Shown here in pieces: positions 21,236 through 31,000 of a DNA stretch of 64,000 nucleotides. How positions within the stretch are numbered: the stretch's first letter is position 1; each line of letters opens with the position of its first letter. A program made the translations under genes and the position numbers. The notes below the pieces were generated by a model. The model made no database searches, had not been told where the DNA came from, and was given only the letters and a program-made list of their open reading frames with translations. Location of the stretch: assembly GCA_023244895.1 (NCBI GenBank), contig JAHFLL010000001.1, forward strand, positions 745,802 to 809,801. The letters run 5' to 3'. This stretch comes from Candidatus Liptonbacteria bacterium. Lineage in GTDB: Bacteria; Patescibacteriota; Minisyncoccia; UBA6257; 2-01-FULL-56-20.

Positions 21236-21277
21236 CCTCTTCCCTAATTCCAATTCCTAATTCATAATTCTACCTGC

Positions 21278-22261
21278 ATGGATAGCTATCAAAAAAATAT
21301 AATCTCTTCGCCCAGCCGTCTTAGCAAGAAGGGGTTGGAAAGCGAGAACCTTTTCGTATTGAGAGGAGCGCGTCCGGACGGTATCATTATTTGCGGAATG
21401 GGAGGCTCCGGCCTCGCGGGTATGATACTCCGATACTCCCGCAAAGATACTGGTTTAGATCTGCCAGTCTTTTCTTGGAGAAACTATGAATTGCCAGAGA
21501 TGCAGGAATTTGGCTTGAAACACCCTCTCTACATCTTCACTTCTTTCTCCGGAAACACGGAGGAGACCGTTTCTGCCTATCACCTGGCGCAAAAGAAACG
21601 TTCCTTAACCATTGCCGTGATCGCCACCGGCGGGAAATTACTTCAACTGGCAGAGAAAAATCACTCCCCCTTGGTGCGGTTTCCGGCGGAAGACTTGACA
21701 CCAAGGCAAGGAGTTGGTAGAATGTTCTACGCTTTAATCCAAATACTTCAAGCTGCGAAACTTATTTCTCAAAAGGAATTTGACTATCGGCATATGGATG
21801 CCAGAAAAGAGATGTCGCTGGGACGCTCTCTGGCTAAAAAGATATTTAACAGGACCGCTGTAATATACACCGACCGAGAACACGAAGATCTAGGCTATCT
21901 CTGGAAGATAACCATCAATGAAACAGGCAAACAGCCAGCTTTTCTGAACGTTCTGCCGGAGATGCACCATAATGAAATATCCGGCTTTGAGAAAAATATT
22001 AATCCTTTCGTAGCTCTCTTACTCTACCCGCCCAAGCTGTCCCCCGCTATGCGCAAGCGCTTTGCCGTAACGCACAGAATGTTGAGCGAGCTCGGGGTCC
22101 CTATCGTAGAGATAAATCTTTCATACAAAAACAAGCTGGAGCAAGTCTGGCGCAAGTTAATGTTGACCGAGTGGGTTGGCTACTATCTGGCCCAAATGCA
22201 CAAGGCAGATCCAGCCGCCACCCCCACCGTAGACGCAATTAAGCAATTTTTGAAAAAGTAG
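21278..22261 (+). CDS. Bifunctional phosphoglucose/phosphomannose isomerase (SIS domain, archaeal-type PGI/PMI)
   Basis: It has the GMGGSGLAGMILRY motif and the 327 aa PGI/PMI family architecture. Confidence 0.7.
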   Translation: MDSYQKNIISSPSRLSKKGLESENLFVLRGARPDGIIICGMGGSGLAGMILRYSRKDTGLDLPVFSWRNYELPEMQEFGLKHPLYIFTSFSGNTEETVSAYHLAQKKRSLTIAVIATGGKLLQLAEKNHSPLVRFPAEDLTPRQGVGRMFYALIQILQAAKLISQKEFDYRHMDARKEMSLGRSLAKKIFNRTAVIYTDREHEDLGYLWKITINETGKQPAFLNVLPEMHHNEISGFEKNINPFVALLLYPPKLSPAMRKRFAVTHRMLSELGVPIVEINLSYKNKLEQVWRKLMLTEWVGYYLAQMHKADPAATPTVDAIKQFLKK

Positions 22262-22321
22262 ATTTCGTTTCTGGGATTGGTTTCTGTTCCTCGTTATATG
22301 TTATAAGTTATGGATAATTTG

Positions 22322-22403
22322 GCCCGGGTGGCGAAATTGGTAGACGCGCACGTTTCAGGTACGTGTGGGGTAACCCTTGGGAGTTCGAGTCTCCCCCCGG
22401 GCA
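22322..22403 (+). tRNA. tRNA-Leu (anticodon CAG)
   Basis: The cloverleaf has a perfect acceptor stem GCCCGGG/CCCGGGC, anticodon stem CACGT/ACGTG with loop TTCAGGT, a long variable arm, and T-arm GGGAG-TTCGAGT-CTCCC. CCA is not encoded. Confidence 0.8.
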
Positions 22404-22485
22404 CATAAATTAGAAACTAGAAGCTAGTGGTTAGTCTTTGGCGTTCTCTAATTTAAATAAGTCAAAATAAAAAATAAATAAAAAA

Positions 22486-24384
22486 ATGTTAGAAAGAAGA
22501 AATAAAAATTCCGGACCGCGCAGTCACCCCTCCCAAACTAGAGTTTGGGTGCCCGCGAAGGAAGAAAGAGTTCGGTCGGAATCCGAAATGGGCGGAGTAA
22601 ATACTCCCCTCAAATCAAAGTTTAACCCTCGGGGTGGCTCCGGCGTGAGAAACGAGCAGCACGCTTCGGCTAAATACGGCAAGAGAACAAGGCCGTCTCC
22701 TATGAGACGCGAGAACAAAGAAGATACTCTGCGCTTTGTGCCTCTGGGCGGATTGGAAGAAGTGGGACGAAATATGATGTTCTACGAGTATCGCGACGAA
22801 ATCGTTATTCTGGACGCAGGCCTACAATTCCCGGAGGAAGAAACGCCGGGGATAGACTACATCATTCCAAACGTGGCCTATCTGGCGGAACGCAAGGCGA
22901 ATATCCAAGCGATAATACTCACTCACGCTCACTACGATCACATTGGTGCTATACCGCACATTATGGAGAAGCTGGGCAATCCCCCGATTTACACCACCTC
23001 CTTGACGCGCGCCATCGTGGAAAAGCGCCAAACGGATTTTCCGAACAGCCCCAAGCTCAACATCATCACCATTAAAGATAAGGATAAAATTAAATTATCC
23101 AACTATTTTGAGGTGGAGTTTTTCGGGGTACCGCATACTGTGCCGGAAACAACCGGAGTGGTACTAAAAACACCGGTTGGCAAAGCGGTTCACTTCGCGG
23201 ACTTCCGTATTGATTACGACGAACATGGCGTGGCTTATGGACTGGAGGAATTCGCGCGCATCGGACAGATGGGCATAGACATATTTACAATCGACAGCAC
23301 CGCCGCGGAAAGAGAAGGCTATACTATTTCCGAAAAAATAGTAGAGAAAAATTTGGAAGAAATATTCCGGCGGGCAAAGGGCAGAATAATCGTAGCAACC
23401 TTCTCTTCGCTCCTGTCGCGCGTCGCGGAAATAATAAAGATAGCGGACAAGATTGGGCGTAAGGTTGCCCTGGCGGGCTACTCCATGAAGGCCAACGTAC
23501 AGATCGCCCAGAACCTGGGATTTATCAAAACCAAGCCTGGTGAAATTATCCCCATAGAGGAGGTGAGTAAGTATCATGACGATAAATTGCTCATCCTTTC
23601 CGCGGGAGCGCAAGGCGAAGCCAATGGCTCGCTGGCTAGAATCGTAAATGGCACTCATCGCAATCTGAAAATAAAACGGGGCGACTCGGTGGTTCTTTCC
23701 TCTTCCGTCATTCCCGGCAACGAGCGCAGCGTGCAGGTCGTAAAGGACAACCTCACCCGCCAGGGCGCGCACGTGTATCAATCCCTCCATATTGATATTC
23801 ATTCCAGCGGTCATGCCCCCAAAGAAGACCTGAAGCTGGTCATGCAACTTATTAAACCCAAGTATCTAATCCCGGTGCATGGTTATTACTTCATGCGGGC
23901 GGCGAACGCCCAATCCGCGGAAGACGTCGGTATCCCAGCCCAAAACGCCATCTTGATGGACAACGGCCAGGTTGGCGAACTTACCAAAGAAGGATTCCGA
24001 GTTACAGATGAAACCGTGCCGGCCTTCTACGTGATGGTAGATGGCTTGGGAGTGGGTGATGTGGAAGAGGTAGTTTTGCGCGATAGGCGCAGTTTGGCCC
24101 AAGAAGGCATGGTTGTATTGATTGTGGTAATTGACCGGGAGCATGGCGGTAAGATACTTAAGAATCCCGACATAATCTCCCGAGGCTTCATCTATATGAA
24201 GGAAAATCAGGAGGTTATGGAAGATATCCGCAAAAAGATAAAGAGCCTAATCGCCCGGCTCCCCTCTGATAAGCCGGTAGAGAGCGAATTCTTAAAGACT
24301 TTGTTGCGCGATCAGGTCGGTCAGTTCTTGTATAACAAGACTCGCCGCCGGCCCATGGTTATTCCGGTAGTAATAGAAATCTAA
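22486..24384 (+). CDS. rnj: Ribonuclease J (beta-CASP metallo-beta-lactamase) with a basic N-terminal extension of about 72 aa
   Basis: It has the MBL HxHxDH motif (ILTHAHYDHIGAIP) and the beta-CASP and C-terminal domains. The canonical RNase J N-terminus starts near Met 22702 (MRRENKEDTLRFVPLGGLEEVG), so the upstream 216 nt may or may not be translated. Confidence 0.8.
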   Translation: MLERRNKNSGPRSHPSQTRVWVPAKEERVRSESEMGGVNTPLKSKFNPRGGSGVRNEQHASAKYGKRTRPSPMRRENKEDTLRFVPLGGLEEVGRNMMFYEYRDEIVILDAGLQFPEEETPGIDYIIPNVAYLAERKANIQAIILTHAHYDHIGAIPHIMEKLGNPPIYTTSLTRAIVEKRQTDFPNSPKLNIITIKDKDKIKLSNYFEVEFFGVPHTVPETTGVVLKTPVGKAVHFADFRIDYDEHGVAYGLEEFARIGQMGIDIFTIDSTAAEREGYTISEKIVEKNLEEIFRRAKGRIIVATFSSLLSRVAEIIKIADKIGRKVALAGYSMKANVQIAQNLGFIKTKPGEIIPIEEVSKYHDDKLLILSAGAQGEANGSLARIVNGTHRNLKIKRGDSVVLSSSVIPGNERSVQVVKDNLTRQGAHVYQSLHIDIHSSGHAPKEDLKLVMQLIKPKYLIPVHGYYFMRAANAQSAEDVGIPAQNAILMDNGQVGELTKEGFRVTDETVPAFYVMVDGLGVGDVEEVVLRDRRSLAQEGMVVLIVVIDREHGGKILKNPDIISRGFIYMKENQEVMEDIRKKIKSLIARLPSDKPVESEFLKTLLRDQVGQFLYNKTRRRPMVIPVVIEI

Positions 24385-24403
24385 ACAAGGCGGTTGGCGG
24401 ACT

Positions 24404-24432
24404 TCAAAAACTGGATTTATATCCAGTTTTTG
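24404..24432. terminator. Bidirectional rho-independent terminator after rnj
   Basis: There is a hairpin AAAAACTGGAT-TTAT-ATCCAGTTTTT. Confidence 0.55.
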
Positions 24433-24447
24433 AATTAGAATGGAGTA

Positions 24448-25434
24448 ATGACTAAGCCAATCTTGGTTTCCGGAATACAACCCAGCGGCCGGTTACACAT
24501 CGGCAATTACCTGGGCGCGCTTAAAAACTTCGTGGAGCTTCAGAATTCCGGCAAATACCAGTGCTATTTTTTCATTGCGGACCTGCATTCTCTCACCGAG
24601 AGCTACACCCCCGAAGAAAAGCATAAACAGATACTGGAGCTTACCGCGGACTTTGTGGCGGCAGGGCTGGATCCCAAAAAATCGGTCATCTTCCTGCAAT
24701 CCCAAATTCCCGCCCATAGCGAGTTGGCGTGGATTTTAAGCACTATTACACCTACCGGAGAATTGCGCCGCATGACTCAATACAAGGATAAGAGTGATAA
24801 CGAAAAAGACTCGGCGAATACCGGGCTACTCACCTACCCCATTTTAATGGCCGCGGATATTATTCTTTATGACGCTAAATTTGTGCCGGTGGGTGAAGAC
24901 CAGGTCCAACATTTGGAATTGACCCGCACCCTGGCGCGTAAGTTTAATTCCCGTTTCGGAGAAATATTTATTGAACCACAACCAATTCTGACCGAGACTC
25001 CCCGCATAATGAGCCTGAAGAATCCGGAGAAGAAAATGTCCAAGTCCGACCCAAGTAGCTGTGTTTTCTTGGATGACTCTCCGGAAGATATTCGTGCCAA
25101 GTTTAAATCCGCGACAACCGACTCCGGCAATGAGATAAAGTTTGATAAAGCCAAACCCGGCATAAGCAATCTCCTTAAAATCTTCTCTGCCGTCTCAGGT
25201 GAATCTATAAAAGAATCCGAGAAAATGTTCGCTGGTTCTACTTATTCCAACTTTAAGGGCGCGGTTGCGGAATCCATCGTTGCCCACTTCACCGATTTTA
25301 GAAAGCGCAAATCCACCCTCTTGGCCAGACCCAAAACCCTAACGAACCTCCTAAGCTCCGGCTCCAAGAAAGCGTCTTTACGAGCTAATCGTAAGATAAA
25401 GGAGATAAAAAATAGGGTAGGATTGACTGTTTAG
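24448..25434 (+). CDS. trpS: Tryptophanyl-tRNA synthetase
   Basis: The class I motifs are present: GIQPSGRLHIGNYLGA (HIGH-type) and KMSKS. Confidence 0.9.
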   Translation: MTKPILVSGIQPSGRLHIGNYLGALKNFVELQNSGKYQCYFFIADLHSLTESYTPEEKHKQILELTADFVAAGLDPKKSVIFLQSQIPAHSELAWILSTITPTGELRRMTQYKDKSDNEKDSANTGLLTYPILMAADIILYDAKFVPVGEDQVQHLELTRTLARKFNSRFGEIFIEPQPILTETPRIMSLKNPEKKMSKSDPSSCVFLDDSPEDIRAKFKSATTDSGNEIKFDKAKPGISNLLKIFSAVSGESIKESEKMFAGSTYSNFKGAVAESIVAHFTDFRKRKSTLLARPKTLTNLLSSGSKKASLRANRKIKEIKNRVGLTV

Positions 25435-25527
25435 CATATTTTCATTATTGTTGGGCCAGTTCCAGCTATGCGGCTGGATCGATTTTACGTAACCAATAGG
25501 CAGGCGCCCTGGCGCCGAGGAGGCTAA

Positions 25528-26295
25528 TTGCTGAGGCGAAAAATCGGGAACGTGGCAGGCGTGGGTATCATCTACCGGGCAATCGACCCGGGAAAGATAT
25601 TCACCGAGGTCAAAGATGACGGCCTGCCAGCCGTTGTGTTCCGGCGGGGACTGTGCACGCCGGGCGGCAACTGGATCGGCGAGGCGGCGCGAGCGGATAC
25701 CAATCCGCTCGCCACCTACCGACGCGAGATCGGCGAAGAGTTGTCGCTCGAGAGAGCGGCCGCCTCCACGCTGGAATCGCGACTGTTGGGCATGGAACCC
25801 GACGGCAATTTCTACTTGGTGCCTCGGGCGAACGTCAAGCCCACCCCTGGCCAGATCTCGGCTCTCGCGGACATCAAGAGGGTCATCATCGAGGGGGCAA
25901 CACCATTCGTGGACCTGCTCAACACCACCCCACGGGCGGTGCTGGATCGCGCGGACGCCAACAACAAGAAGGGCGACATCATCGCTGTGGTGTCCTACTT
26001 CGCGACTGCATTGCGGGAACCGGAATGGCACGAGCTAGCCGCCCTGCAAGCGGCCTTCGGCAACTTGTCCAACGAGAGCATCACACTCGTCACCTCGCTG
26101 GACGAGATTATCACCAATGGCATGCGCTGGGCCTATGGCCACGAACACGCCATGCGCCGCTTTTTCCTGGCCTTCGGGCTCGAGGCAGCGAAGGACATGC
26201 TTGAGACGGAAGACGTCACGAGTGAATGCCTCGGGACGCCCCGGGCGTCGTACGACGACTACCTGGTTGAGTTTGACATCGAGCGCCGTCCATAG
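25528..26295 (+). CDS. Hypothetical Nudix-like protein with an expanded Nudix box (GC-rich island B)
   Basis: It has a beta-grasp-like N-terminus and a box PGGNWIGE-x13-RREIGEELSL (Nudix-like, but with 13 rather than 7 residues between the E and the RE). It lies in an island of about 65 % GC and is followed by a GC-rich terminator hairpin. Confidence 0.35.
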   Translation: MLRRKIGNVAGVGIIYRAIDPGKIFTEVKDDGLPAVVFRRGLCTPGGNWIGEAARADTNPLATYRREIGEELSLERAAASTLESRLLGMEPDGNFYLVPRANVKPTPGQISALADIKRVIIEGATPFVDLLNTTPRAVLDRADANNKKGDIIAVVSYFATALREPEWHELAALQAAFGNLSNESITLVTSLDEIITNGMRWAYGHEHAMRRFFLAFGLEAAKDMLETEDVTSECLGTPRASYDDYLVEFDIERRP

Positions 26296-26322
26296 AACAA
26301 GGCGGACGGCGCAGTAGCACAA

Positions 26323-26368
26323 GCAGCGCGGTCGGGAATCTAATCCCTTCCGCGCTGTTCGTTTTTTT
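26323..26368 (+). terminator. Rho-independent terminator of the island-B gene
   Basis: The stem CAGCGCGG...CCGCGCTG is followed by GTTTTTTT. Confidence 0.5.
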
Positions 26369-26386
26369 ACAGAACTGATAATTTAT

Positions 26387-27244
26387 TTAAATAATAAACC
26401 GCGCGTAGATTCCTTCCGCAATAAAACGCTTGGAGCCAGATTCGGGAATGCGTAATTCTCCATACTCCCCATCCACATTCGGAAAAACATCTTGGACTAG
26501 TTGCGCTAAAGAAAGCGGCGAGTAACCGGCGGCATAGCCGTTTAATAAGAAAAATGAACCCTGCTTGAGGTTTAATAGTTTTTTGAGAGCCACCAAGAGA
26601 CGCGGCAAGTCTTCCTCTATGCGCCAAACTTCTCCTTTGGCTCCCCTTCCGAACGCGGGCGGGTCAAGAATTATACCGTCATATTTTACCCCGCGCCGAA
26701 CTTCTCTTTCGGAAAATCTCAAAGCATCGTCCAGTATGTAGCGGATATTTTTCGAGTCGGCTCCGGACAGACGCGCGTTCTCTTTCGCCCACTCATTGCT
26801 CTGTTTAGATGCGTCCACATGGGTCACTTGCGCGCCATGCTTGGCGGCTACTACCGTCGCCGCTCCGGTATATCCAAAGAGGTTCAGTACTTGAGGATTT
26901 TTAATCTTATCCACCAGATTCGCGGACCATTCCCAATTGGGTGCCTGCTCCGGGAAGATGCCAGTGTGTTTAAAGGATGTTAAACGTAAAGAAAAATAAT
27001 TATCCTGCCAGGATATTTTCCAATCGGCCGGGATGCTATTTCTAGACCATCCACCCTTTCCATCCGCCCACCTGAATGTCGCGTCTGCTTTCCCCCATTT
27101 TCCGGAATGAAGCGGATTCCAAATTGCCTGCGTCTCCGGCCGGGAGACTGTGTATTTACCATAACGCTCTAGTTTATTGTTCGCGCCGGAATCAATCAAT
27201 TCGTAGTCCTTAAACGGTTCGGCTATAAGATTAATGTTTTTCAT
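26387..27244 (-). CDS. Class I SAM-dependent RNA methyltransferase (RlmI/RlmK-like)
   Basis: It has the motifs LFGYTGAATVVAAKHGAQVTHVDASKQS and ILDPPAFG (an MTase DPPxF-like motif). Confidence 0.55.
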   Translation of the reverse strand: MKNINLIAEPFKDYELIDSGANNKLERYGKYTVSRPETQAIWNPLHSGKWGKADATFRWADGKGGWSRNSIPADWKISWQDNYFSLRLTSFKHTGIFPEQAPNWEWSANLVDKIKNPQVLNLFGYTGAATVVAAKHGAQVTHVDASKQSNEWAKENARLSGADSKNIRYILDDALRFSEREVRRGVKYDGIILDPPAFGRGAKGEVWRIEEDLPRLLVALKKLLNLKQGSFFLLNGYAAGYSPLSLAQLVQDVFPNVDGEYGELRIPESGSKRFIAEGIYARFII

Positions 27245-27279
27245 GTGAGCTATTCTAATTTCTATCTTCTAACTACTAA

Positions 27280-28038
27280 CTACTTCCCCAATGCTTCCGG
27301 ATGGCGCAAACTCCAACCATAGAGCACCACTGCTGCCGAAACCGAAGCATTCAATGATTCGCATCTGGAATCCATCGGGATTCTTAATGTCACATCACAG
27401 CGCTCCAAAGTTTTCTGGCGGATACCCTTGCCTTCGTTGCCCACCACGAAAAGAGCCGGATTCTCAAACTTCTCGTCCATCACTTTTTTCTTGCCGTCCA
27501 TTTCCAGGGCATAGATTTTAAAGTCCATCTTCTTCAATCTATCTACGGTATAGTTCACGTTTCCAATAGAAACCAGCGGAACCCGAAATGCCATACCCGC
27601 GGAAGATTTTACCACCACCCCCGTAATGGGCGCTTGATTGTGAGACGGTATAAGCACCCCCGCCGCCCCAAAAGCCGCTGCAGAGCGTATTATGGCCCCT
27701 ACGTTGTGCGGGTCGGTGAGCTCGTCCAACAGGACCAGCATAGTCCCCGCACTCGGCTCCAAGCTGGAAGCGAAACCATCAAAATCAACCATTAACTTAT
27801 CCACATCAACTATGGCCACGACGTCCTGGTGAGCGGTATCTTGGCCCACCATGCGGGAAGCTTCCTTCCCTTTTAGAAACGCGACTGTGATATCATTTTT
27901 CGCCAATAGTTTCTTGAGTTCGTCATCTCGGGACTCCTGCGAGATAAAAACTTTTTTAATGGTGCGCGGAGCATTTTGAAGCGCCTCCATTAAGGCATGC
28001 TTACCGTAGATATATATCTTTTCGCTTTCGTAACGCAT
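27280..28038 (-). CDS. rlmB: TrmH/SpoU-family rRNA 2'-O-methyltransferase (RlmB-like)
   Basis: It has a SpoU substrate-binding N-terminus and the SPOUT C-terminal motifs FVVGNEGKGIRQ and NASVSAAVVLY. Confidence 0.7.
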   Translation of the reverse strand: MRYESEKIYIYGKHALMEALQNAPRTIKKVFISQESRDDELKKLLAKNDITVAFLKGKEASRMVGQDTAHQDVVAIVDVDKLMVDFDGFASSLEPSAGTMLVLLDELTDPHNVGAIIRSAAAFGAAGVLIPSHNQAPITGVVVKSSAGMAFRVPLVSIGNVNYTVDRLKKMDFKIYALEMDGKKKVMDEKFENPALFVVGNEGKGIRQKTLERCDVTLRIPMDSRCESLNASVSAAVVLYGWSLRHPEALGK

Positions 28039-28044
28039 ATAATT

Positions 28045-31000
28045 TTAAGCCTTGGATAAAGACAATCTTATTTCTTTTCCATCTAAAGTTATCTTTTCTC
28101 CCGCATCTCCCTCCGTTATGTCGGAAATATAAGTCTTCTCGCGGTTAAATGCTTGCACGGCTTTGTTAAGATCTGCATCTCCCGTTTTATATGTCAGCTT
28201 GGCCATTTCTCCCACTTTCATACCGCCCTGTTTGCGCAATTCTTGTATGGCTCGCTCTAAACCCCTCACCAATCCCTCTAGGCGCAATTCATCGCTGATA
28301 GTCGCGTCTAAAACAACTTCCTCTTTTTGATCGGGATCTATCTTAATGTTCTTCACATTTAACTCCTCGCAAAGTATCTTCAATAATCCTTCCTGACCCT
28401 TTAATTCTTTATTCCTAATTCCTAATTCCTGGAGCGGTTGGCGCACCGGAATGTTTAATTCCTTGCGCTTTGCCATGCCCATACTCGCGGCTTCTCGCAC
28501 CACCTTCATTTGGCTAAGCAATTCTTTCTCCTCCTGGGATAATTCTTTCTTAATTGGCCAATCTACCAGATGCACCGATTCATAAGCAGTGGGGGTTGGT
28601 CCGGAAGTTTGAATGGTAAGCCCTTCGTAGTCGGCCGCAGTGAGGCTCTTATAAATTAATTCTGATAGATACGGCATGACTGGGGCTGATGCTTTCGCGA
28701 GATTGATAAGGGCATGACGCAGTGTGCCGAAAAAGTACGCATCCGCCCGGCCCCGACTGCGACGCAAATACCAAGTAGAAAGATCGTCTATATATTCCGC
28801 AATGAAGCGGGTCGCGCGCACGGTATCGTATGCATCCAAACTGTCCGTCACGCCATTTACCAGTTCTTTAGTGCGAGCCCAAATCCATTTATCCAGAACA
28901 TTGGATAACTGTTCTATGTTTAATGTCCCATGTTTTGTGTCCTTCGGCGCGTAGGTCAAAAAATAATTCAACACATTCCAAGGAATGAGCACCATCTTGC
29001 GATACAGGTCGCCCAATTCCCGCTCGCTAAAGTTCAAATTGTCCGCCTGCATTACGCTAGAGTTCATTAGATAGAAACGCAAGGCGTCTACGCCATACTT
29101 CTCTATCACCACCCATGGGTCCGGATAGTTCTTCTTGGACTTGCTCATCTTGGAACCATCCTCAGCTAGAATCGTTCCGGTTGTGACCACGTTCTCAAAA
29201 GGCGCCTTGCCGAAGAGTTCTATGGATAAAACATGCATCACATAAAACCAGGCGCGAGTCTGGGCGATATACTCCGCCACAAACTGACCAGGGAAACGAG
29301 CTTCAAAAACTTCTTTCTGGTCAAAAGGATAATGGAATTCCGCGAAAGGCATAGAGCCCGCCTCTACCCAGGAATCAAATATCTCCGGTACGCGCTTGGC
29401 ATTCTTGCCGCACTTGTCGCATTTAAGAATAATCTGATCAATGTGCGGGCGGTGCAGGTCTGTGATGCTAACGTCCAGCGAGAAGACCTTAGCGAACCTT
29501 GGCACAGGAGGTAGCTCCGACCCATAATATTGCATAAGCACATACAACGGGTCGCCGTGCGAAACAATCAGTATTTTCTTGCCGGAATATTCGCGGTTCT
29601 TTTCGTTAATAAAATCGACCATGCGCTCCCGAACACTGGTTCGCGTCTCCCCGCCCTCCGGACACCTAGTCCACCGCTCCGAACCTGGAAAGTCCCTCTC
29701 AAACTCAGCGTACGTTTTGCCGTTGTAATCCCCGACTCCAAGCTCTCGTAAGCGCTCATCAAATTCAAGCGGAACGCCCAGCGCGGCCGCCAGGGTTTCG
29801 GCGGTTTGTTTGGTACGCGTTATGTCTGACGCGAAAATCATATCTACCCCACCCATTTCCCCTAGGTGTCCCGCCAGATCTTTTACGCGCTTCACGCCCT
29901 CCTTGGTTAGATTATATTTTTCCGGTTCTGGCCAGCAGTTATTCAATCCTAAAACATTATTTTCTCCTTCTCCGTGCCGGGTAAATAAAAATGTATTTTT
30001 TTCTAATCCCAGCTCCTTAATACTGCCAACTACTTTATTTTCTCCACAAGACTCACACTTCCAAACCGGGATGGGGTTGCCCCAGTAGCGATTGCGGGAA
30101 ATGTTCCAATCCGGCGCCTGCTCCACGCTCTTTTCATATCGGCCATGCTTCAAGTGCCCCGGATACCAGTTAATCTCCTTCTTGTTAGACTCAACCAACT
30201 TGCCCTTTATTTTCTGGATATTGATAAACCAGGCCGGAATAGCGTTATAGAAAAGCTTATTGCCGCATCTCCAGCAGTGCGGATAGGAGTGAGGGTAGTC
30301 CTGTTTAGAGAATAGCAATCCATCCTTCTCCAGCTCTTCCACGACCATCTTGTTGGCCTTCTCAAAATACTGTCCCCTTAAAAATCCGGGAGCCTTCTCG
30401 TTAAAATGACCCTTACCGTCCAAGAGCGGGACAACCGGCAGTCCGTACTTCAGTCCCAAATCATAGTCGTCTTCTCCGTAAACGACGGCAGTGTGCACTA
30501 TGCCGGTTCCGTCTTCGGTGGTAACGAAATCCGCCGGATAAACCTGGAAGGTCTTGTCGGTCTGCACGGCTGGGACATCAAACAATGCCTCATACTTCAG
30601 ACCAATCAGGCTCTTGCCGGGAATGTCTGATCTCTCTACCTCCGGCTGACTCGGAAAAACTTTGCTGACTAGATCCTTCGCTAGAACATATCTATTTCCT
30701 TCCAGCGTCGCGACGACGTATTCAACATTCTCCCCTACCGCCAAGGCGACGTTCCCCGGCAGAGTCCAGGGTGTAGTTGTCCAGGCTAACAGGTATGTAT
30801 TTTCCGGTACGGACCAGCCACCTATCTTTTGACCCGGCACAACTTTAAATTTCGCCGTGAGAGAGGTGTCGGTTACATCTTTATAGGAATTATCCATCGC
30901 CACTTCAAAGTTTGAGACTGGTGTCTCGCAGCGCGGACAATACATCAAAACTTTACGTCCTTCATAAACCAAGCCCTTTTCATAAAACTGCTTGAATCCC

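Noticed and set aside
23164-23847. 227 aa minus-strand ORF inside rnj (and similar internal antisense ORFs in gpmI, the SBP gene, ileS and argS)
   Set aside because: These are nested antisense ORFs within well-supported conserved genes.
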